This document shows positions 59,708-64,000 of a DNA stretch of 64,000 nucleotides, one piece after another (positions within the stretch are counted from its first letter, which is position 1; every line of letters starts with the position of its first letter). This DNA is from Acidobacteriota bacterium. Its GTDB lineage: Bacteria > Acidobacteriota > Thermoanaerobaculia > Multivoradales > Multivoraceae. The stretch lies in assembly GCA_029263415.1 (NCBI GenBank), contig JAJCXN010000058.1, positions 51,724-115,723 of the forward strand. The letters run 5' to 3'. The position numbers and the translations under genes are program-made. The notes under the pieces were generated by a model that was not told where the DNA came from, did no database searches, and saw nothing but the letters and a program-made list of their open reading frames with translations.

Positions 59708-60106
59708 ATGATATCGACGATTCGATCGACCTTGCGCAGCATCGGAGCCGTGCTGGCGGGTTTTGCTGTGATCGCACTGGGAACGGTCTTCACCTTCACG
59801 GTTCTGGTTGGCGACTTTGGCTACGCCACGTCCAGTCCAACCGAGCTGGTGATTGGAACTCTCGGCGCCCTGGCCTCCGGCCTCGCGGGCGGACTCGTTG
59901 CAGCCCGGCTCGCGGCAACACATCCGCTGAGGCACGCAGCCGCGCTAGTCGTGCCTATCGCGCTCGACACGGCCAGCATCGTCGCTTCGGCGGGCCAGGA
60001 ATCCGATCCGTTGTGGTTTGACCTCGGCGGCAGCGCGATCCTGCTGCTCGGCGCCTTTGTCGGGGGCTACCTGGTTGTTAAGAGACACCGCGAGCCGGCG
60101 TCCTGA
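59708..60106 (+). CDS. Cassette ORF in reverse orientation: small membrane protein (132 aa, 4 TM)
   Basis: Good hydrophobic periodicity. It is the only protein-like ORF between attC K and attC C. Confidence 0.35.
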   Translation: MISTIRSTLRSIGAVLAGFAVIALGTVFTFTVLVGDFGYATSSPTELVIGTLGALASGLAGGLVAARLAATHPLRHAAALVVPIALDTASIVASAGQESDPLWFDLGGSAILLLGAFVGGYLVVKRHREPAS

Positions 60107-60213
60107 ACTGACGCAAGGCCGGACTGGCGTACCCCACGATCTCAGTGAGGTCAGACCTGTTCAGCAACAGCTTGGTCGGCTGCTCTCGGCCAGTGGACAA
60201 GCCCGGTAATGCC

Positions 60214-60339
60214 ATCTAACGGACTTAGCTCAGCAGCGCCGATGTCGGGCGCGCTGAAGTTGAAAGTGGATGGCACATCTTCAAGAGGATAGCTGAACGC
60301 GCGAGCACGAGCGGCGACTGCTGCCGTGAGTAGTTGGGC
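60214..60339 (-). repeat. attC-like site C (126 bp)
   Basis: Ends ATCTAAC...GTTGGGC. Confidence 0.6.
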
Positions 60340-60656
60340 TGACGCCGAATCGGCGGGCACTCCAATACTGCGGCTTTTCGACTCTGCCTGGCGACCGCAA
60401 CAACTTCCACTTGGCCTTGTCCGAGAAGGCGATACACCAAGGGGTATGGGTACTGGTTGGGAAACACAAACTCGTGACAGCCGGACGGTCCGCGACGGTA
60501 TCTTCCCGGGTGCCTCGAAACCGACACCAGGCCGCGCTCTAAAGCCTGCAGGACACCGCGTGCAGCAGACAAACTGCGTTCCGCGTACCAGTCACGAGCA
60601 TCCGTGGCCTCAGCAAGAGCGGCCGGATGCCAGCGCAACTCACTCGAAGCCATCAA
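60225..60656 (-). CDS. Cassette ORF: ParE-family toxin, with no cognate antitoxin gene adjacent. The ORF reads through into attC C, so the stop has probably been lost.
   Basis: The first 95 aa or so are ParE-like (...CHEFVFPNQYPYPLVYRLLGQGQVEVVAVARQSRK). The last 40 aa or so are encoded by the conserved repeat. Confidence 0.5.
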   Translation of the reverse strand: MMASSELRWHPAALAEATDARDWYAERSLSAARGVLQALERGLVSVSRHPGRYRRGPSGCHEFVFPNQYPYPLVYRLLGQGQVEVVAVARQSRKAAVLECPPIRRQPNYSRQQSPLVLARSAILLKMCHPLSTSARPTSALLS

Positions 60657-60674
60657 ACAGCGCCGACCTCACAC

Positions 60675-60775
60675 CGCTGACACAAAGAGAATGTGACGGG
60701 CTTGCCAGTATCCTCAACGACCGACCGCGAAAGAGACTCGGATTTCGAACACCACGGGAGTGCTTTTATGGCTAG
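60675..60775 (+). pseudogene. IS30-family transposase C-terminal fragment
   Basis: ...LTQRECDGLASILNDRPRKRLGFRTPRECF* matches the IS30-family C-terminal consensus LN.RPRK.LG..TP.E.F. It sits where a ParE antitoxin gene would be expected. Confidence 0.5.
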
Positions 60776-60815
60776 CTACCGATGTTGCGCTTCAAACTTG
60801 AAGTCAGACTGCAAC

Positions 60816-61439
60816 TCAAACGAGAGCGACCGCATCGAACCCGGTTCCGACGACGTGAGAGCCACCGAAGAGAAGTGCCTTGGGTAGACACTCCTCCTTC
60901 TGGGTCGACACTGCGGCCGCAGATGCTGCTGGCTCTGCACTCAGCATCCTTGGCCGCATCTCGTGATCCAGGAGAACCTGGAAATACTTCTCGCAAACGC
61001 GCTTCGGCGCCGTCGCCAGTTGGCCGTGGCCGGCTTCAAGCAAGCTAACGATGGGCAAGCCTGTATTGACAAAACGACGAAAACGGAACCAACCTTTTGT
61101 AATGTCCTCATGCGCATTCAGGAGCCCTGCTACAACCGCGGCGGGGTCTGCCGGGGCCTGCGAAAAGTACAACGCCTTGGATGGTTCGGAGTACGGCCAG
61201 AGCAGTGGATGGGAGCTGACTAGAGAAATCCAGTCATCCCACGGACGCTCCACTGAGTAGCACAGGGCCTGCTCGCAGCTAACGCACCACATCTCATCCT
61301 GGTCGCCTCGATCTGGCCGTCTAACCATCAGCTTTAGCTCGAGCCCATCACCCTTCAAATCTAGGGAACGGAGCCGGATCCAGCCGTTGTCTTCAAACTC
61401 GTCTGACTCAACTACTGCGGCTAGATCGGAGAACGGCAT
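60816..61439 (-). CDS. Cassette ORF: hypothetical protein (207 aa)
   Basis: Unique, Trp-rich sequence (WISLVSSHPLLWPYSEP...). No family recognised. Confidence 0.45.
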   Translation of the reverse strand: MPFSDLAAVVESDEFEDNGWIRLRSLDLKGDGLELKLMVRRPDRGDQDEMWCVSCEQALCYSVERPWDDWISLVSSHPLLWPYSEPSKALYFSQAPADPAAVVAGLLNAHEDITKGWFRFRRFVNTGLPIVSLLEAGHGQLATAPKRVCEKYFQVLLDHEMRPRMLSAEPAASAAAVSTQKEECLPKALLFGGSHVVGTGFDAVALV

Positions 61440-61447
61440 CGTACGCA

Positions 61448-61530
61448 GCCCAACGGACTTTCATCACTGGCACAAACCGTAGCGAGCGCAGCGCGTGAGG
61501 GTTTGTGTCCAGTGCATGATGTTGTTAGGT
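61448..61530 (-). repeat. attC-like site G (83 bp; central hairpin CACAAACC/GGTTTGTG)
   Basis: Ends GCCCAAC...GTTAGGT. The GNAT stop codon lies within the 3' core. Confidence 0.55.
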
Positions 61531-62019
61531 GCCGCCGGCGCGGATCGCACCGTTAAGAAGAGTTCGACCGTCTTGGAACTCAACCAGCCCGAAGTCACGA
61601 TAGAGATCGAGAGCTGGCACGTTACCTTCGCCGACCTCGACGTACAGGGACTTGCAGTTCCGTTGTTCGCACTCACGGACCACCTTCTCGACCAGGGAGC
61701 GTGCGATTCCTCGGCGCCGAGACTCCGGCCTGACGTATAGGTCGTCGATGTACCCACTGAGCGCTCCATGTTCCATCGTGTAGCGCACAGTAAGTACAGC
61801 ATGCCCGGCAGGTACACCGTCTCGTTCGGCAATCCAAACGCAACCTAGCCCAGCGTCCTCCAACAACCTGACGAAGGAGGCCTTGGCCCATTCGGGGTCG
61901 AGCGCGAACTCCGATTCGGCATAGAAGTCGCGCATGAGGTCGACAAGAGCCGCGACGTCTGTACTCCCAGCTCTCCGAACAGCGAACTCGTTGACCGACA
62001 TGTTCTTTCGCGAACTCAC
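61525..62019 (-). CDS. Cassette ORF: GNAT-family N-acetyltransferase
   Basis: Acetyl-CoA binding motif A is present (YVRPESRRRGIARSLV). Confidence 0.8.
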   Translation of the reverse strand: MSSRKNMSVNEFAVRRAGSTDVAALVDLMRDFYAESEFALDPEWAKASFVRLLEDAGLGCVWIAERDGVPAGHAVLTVRYTMEHGALSGYIDDLYVRPESRRRGIARSLVEKVVRECEQRNCKSLYVEVGEGNVPALDLYRDFGLVEFQDGRTLLNGAIRAGGT

Positions 62020-62024
62020 AAGGA

Positions 62025-62150
62025 ACCTAACGGACTTAGCTCAGCTGCGCCGCTGACAGGCGCGCTGCGGCTGCAATTGAAAAGTGCATCTTCAAAAGGA
62101 TAACCGAACGCGCGAGCACCAGCGGCAACTGCTGCGGCGGATTGTTATGC
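62025..62150 (-). repeat. attC-like site D (126 bp)
   Basis: Ends ACCTAAC...GTTATGC. Confidence 0.6.
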
Positions 62151-62160
62151 GGCGCGTCGA

Positions 62161-62622
62161 TCAGAGCCAGCTCCAAACGAAGCCGAACGCGGTAACGCAA
62201 CCGACAAGCGCGAGCACCACACTGAAACGTGCCACGGAACCCAACCTTCCCGAGAGCCCCTCGAACCCTGCGTCGCGGTGAACGAGAGGAACAACGATCG
62301 CGTTGGTGCTCAGTAGAGCGATGAGCGGCCAGATCGGAAGGAAGGTGAAGGTAGAAGGAGACAAAGGAAGAGGACCGTGGCTCACGGTGAAGCGGGACAT
62401 GGCGCCGATCACCAGCGCAAGAGTCGTGAGAGACCAAATGAAGATCGGTATGCACCACGCCGATCTCGGCAGGCTGGTACCTCGCTGCCTGTAGCGCCGT
62501 AACGCCACGAAGACAACCACGGCCTCAGCCACCAGTGTGGGCCAAAAGAACTTGAGTCCCTCTAGGGAAAAACTCTCGTAAAAGGAGTCGACGATGACGC
62601 CGTACTGGTTCAACCCTCGCAA
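62161..62622 (-). CDS. Cassette ORF: membrane protein (about 150 aa). The start codon is non-ATG and uncertain.
   Basis: 4 TM helices. The nearest upstream candidate start is TTG. Confidence 0.5.
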   Translation of the reverse strand: MRGLNQYGVIVDSFYESFSLEGLKFFWPTLVAEAVVVFVALRRYRQRGTSLPRSAWCIPIFIWSLTTLALVIGAMSRFTVSHGPLPLSPSTFTFLPIWPLIALLSTNAIVVPLVHRDAGFEGLSGRLGSVARFSVVLALVGCVTAFGFVWSWL

Positions 62623-62626
62623 CGCC

Positions 62627-62752
62627 GCATAACGGACTTAGCTCAGCTGCGCCGTTGACCGGCGCGCTGCGGATGAAACTGAGATCTTCATGTCCAACAG
62701 GTTAGCGGATTGCGCCAGCACGAGCGGTGTCTGCTGCTGCGAGTTGTTGGGC
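62627..62752 (-). repeat. attC-like site E (126 bp)
   Basis: Ends GCATAAC...GTTGGGC. Confidence 0.6.
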
Positions 62753-62768
62753 CGCCGGAGCAGGAACA

Positions 62769-63086
62769 CTACACCCACGCCACAGCGAACGAGAACAGGC
62801 AGAACGAGGCGACGAACACGACTAGCCAAGCGTGATCGGCCGGCCGGAGCCTCTTCCGATAGAGCTCGTAGAGATAGAACGGGAAGCCGGAAAATCCGAC
62901 CAGCAAGAAGAGAAGAAGCGGCACCACCAACCAGCCCCCGGGCCATATCGGAGCCAAGAACGGAGGCGCTTCCCTCCCGACCCTCAACGAGAAGCCGACG
63001 GCGGCCTCGACCCAGCATGCGATGGAGCCCCAGAAAAAGAAGAGCCAGGACAACGACTGATCTTCAAGGTGCTCTTCGCGGCCCAA
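62769..63086 (-). CDS. Cassette ORF: small membrane protein (about 100 aa). The start is uncertain and may lie inside attC F.
   Basis: 2-3 TM helices. It has no ATG. Confidence 0.45.
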   Translation of the reverse strand: MGREEHLEDQSLSWLFFFWGSIACWVEAAVGFSLRVGREAPPFLAPIWPGGWLVVPLLLFLLVGFSGFPFYLYELYRKRLRPADHAWLVVFVASFCLFSFAVAWV

Positions 63087-63206
63087 CGGACTTAGCTCAG
63101 CTGCGCCGCTGACAGGCGCGCTGAAGTTGCAATTGAGTTCTTCATCGACAAAAGACTAGCTGATTGCGCGAGCACCGGCGGCGACTGCTGGGGCGAGTTG
63201 TTGGGC
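63081..63206 (-). repeat. attC-like site F (126 bp)
   Basis: Ends GCCCAAC...GTTGGGC. The heptamers are exact reverse complements. Confidence 0.6.
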
Positions 63207-63211
63207 AGCTT

Positions 63212-63562
63212 CTAGACATCGGCAAGCTCTTGCTTCCGAGGTGGGCGAATGTCTTTCAGGTTGCGCTCAGCACAGGCACCGACACGCCGATAGTTTGCCC
63301 TCGCGGTACTCAGGCTCAGTCCTCCGTTCGGACCACCTCGAACTACGTCGGCCTCGTGTTCATCCTGGCCATCGTCCTCCCAGAAGCAAACCGGACAGAT
63401 CTCGTACGCCGCGCGCTCGTCCAGAGTACGGCACATGCAACAAGGGCACCGAAGGGGCAGATTGCGCGGCGTCTCCTCCAAGCTTGTCGCGTACGCCCTA
63501 AACCAATCTCTACGACGCGCCAGTTCAGCAGCATCCTTCGAATCGCCGCCACGGCTAACCAT
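63212..63562 (-). CDS. Cassette ORF: CPCC-family cysteine-rich protein
   Basis: CPCCMCRTLDERAAYEICPVCFWEDDGQDE matches the CPCC/DUF4262-like small-protein signature. Confidence 0.65.
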   Translation of the reverse strand: MVSRGGDSKDAAELARRRDWFRAYATSLEETPRNLPLRCPCCMCRTLDERAAYEICPVCFWEDDGQDEHEADVVRGGPNGGLSLSTARANYRRVGACAERNLKDIRPPRKQELADV

Positions 63563-64000
63563 GAGCTTGCTGGTGACTGCCCAACTACTTACTCACTTGC
63601 AGGATAACGAACACTCCTGTTTTCGATCACTGCGCCTTTTCCGCAGCGATTACTTTCTCGGCCCGGCTACAAACCGCGCGTCCACCCTTTGGCAGTAGGG
63701 GTTATCGCGTTCTCCGGTATCTTGCCATACCGCACTACACTGCGTGAATCGCAGCGTAGTGTGAGGAGGAAGATCACGCAGTCCTTTCGTTTTCATTATT
63801 CGTCGAGTGGGCTCCGGATACCGGTGGCGCCCAGGCCGGCAACATGGGTGTAGACCATCGTTGAACGAAACCGCTGACGCGGTAGCTCCTGCTTCTCCTC
63901 CTTCTTCCTGACAGTTCCTCGAGCGCTGGCCATAGCGGTGGCGGCTACGGTGGGAGTTTGTCTCGCGCAATGGAGCGCGTTTCAAACGAGAGGAGTCCCA

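Larger units (their letters stand above)
57977..63206 (-). mobile_element. Integron-type gene-cassette array (at least 9 attC-like sites; cassettes transcribed on the minus strand). No intI or attI is in the window.
   Basis: Repeated imperfect palindromes, each bounded by RYYYAAC...GTTRRRY. Four are exactly 126 bp and share the 5' block AACGGACTTAGCTCAGCTGCGCCGCTGACAGGCGCGCTG. The boundary heptamers of neighbouring sites are reverse complements. Each site sits 3' of a small ORF. Confidence 0.6.

Noticed and set aside
62036-63018. ORFs 62036..62458(-), 62638..63018(-), and the tail of 60225..60656(-) share a conserved peptide …QQ.PLVLA.S..LL.M….
   Set aside because: The shared peptide is the translation of the conserved attC nucleotide repeat read in one frame. 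The conservation is at the DNA level. The real cassette genes are the adjacent hydrophobic ORFs.
57977-63206. CRISPR array
   Set aside because: The repeats are imperfect palindromes of variable length (66-126 bp) with variable centres. The so-called spacers are 300-1100 bp and contain ORFs. There are no cas genes.
63590-63705. Possible attC (GGATAAC…GTTATCG) to the right of the CPCC cassette
   Set aside because: Its boundary heptamers do not complement those of attC F, as the cassette rule requires. Arm pairing is weak. It is left as an unassigned hairpin region.

Overview
This is a high-GC window with two distinct parts. The gene content suggests a Myxococcota/deltaproteobacterium-like chromosome, but that is inference from content, not a search result.

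Positions 1-49.5 kb are core chromosome:
- a partial long-chain acyl-CoA ligase, an FKBP PPIase, a PadR regulator with a membrane-protein partner, and oligoendopeptidase F
- a Wzm/Wzt-type ABC exporter next to a Kdo-kinase/TIM-barrel fusion protein
- the conserved cell-shape cluster rng-rodA-mrdA-mreD-mreC-mreB (minus strand)
- ppiD, then convergent ruvA and ruvB
- a thrA-thrB-thrC operon with overlapping stop/start codons
- a type III PKS phenolic-lipid cluster (PKS, ICMT-type methyltransferase, ACP, fatty-acyl-AMP ligase, flavoprotein)
- a radical-SAM / metallophosphoesterase / flavoprotein / carboxylesterase gene string
- an LpxL-like acyltransferase, an MBL-fold lipoprotein, a PIN-PhoH protein, YajQ and several esterases/hydrolases

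Positions 49.5-64 kb look accessory:
- a PD-(D/E)XK DUF2161 protein
- an AT-richer non-coding block carrying an intrinsic terminator and a degenerate tRNA-like sequence
- an SPFH/band-7 protein with an internally duplicated N-terminus, and a VOC protein
- about 1.4 kb of non-coding DNA with a pentanucleotide microsatellite
- a GAF-PAS hybrid histidine kinase
- two same-strand fragments of an IS30-family transposase
- an integron-type gene-cassette array, which is the most interesting item

The cassette array has at least nine attC-like imperfect palindromes between 57,977 and 63,206. Four of them are exactly 126 bp. The RYYYAAC and GTTRRRY ends pair up between neighbouring sites in the way site-specific cassette recombination predicts. 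They separate small, mostly minus-strand ORFs: toxin-antitoxin pairs, a GNAT, a CPCC protein and small membrane proteins. No intI or attI is visible inside the window. The array runs up to the right-hand edge, so the integrase, if present, should lie beyond 64,000.
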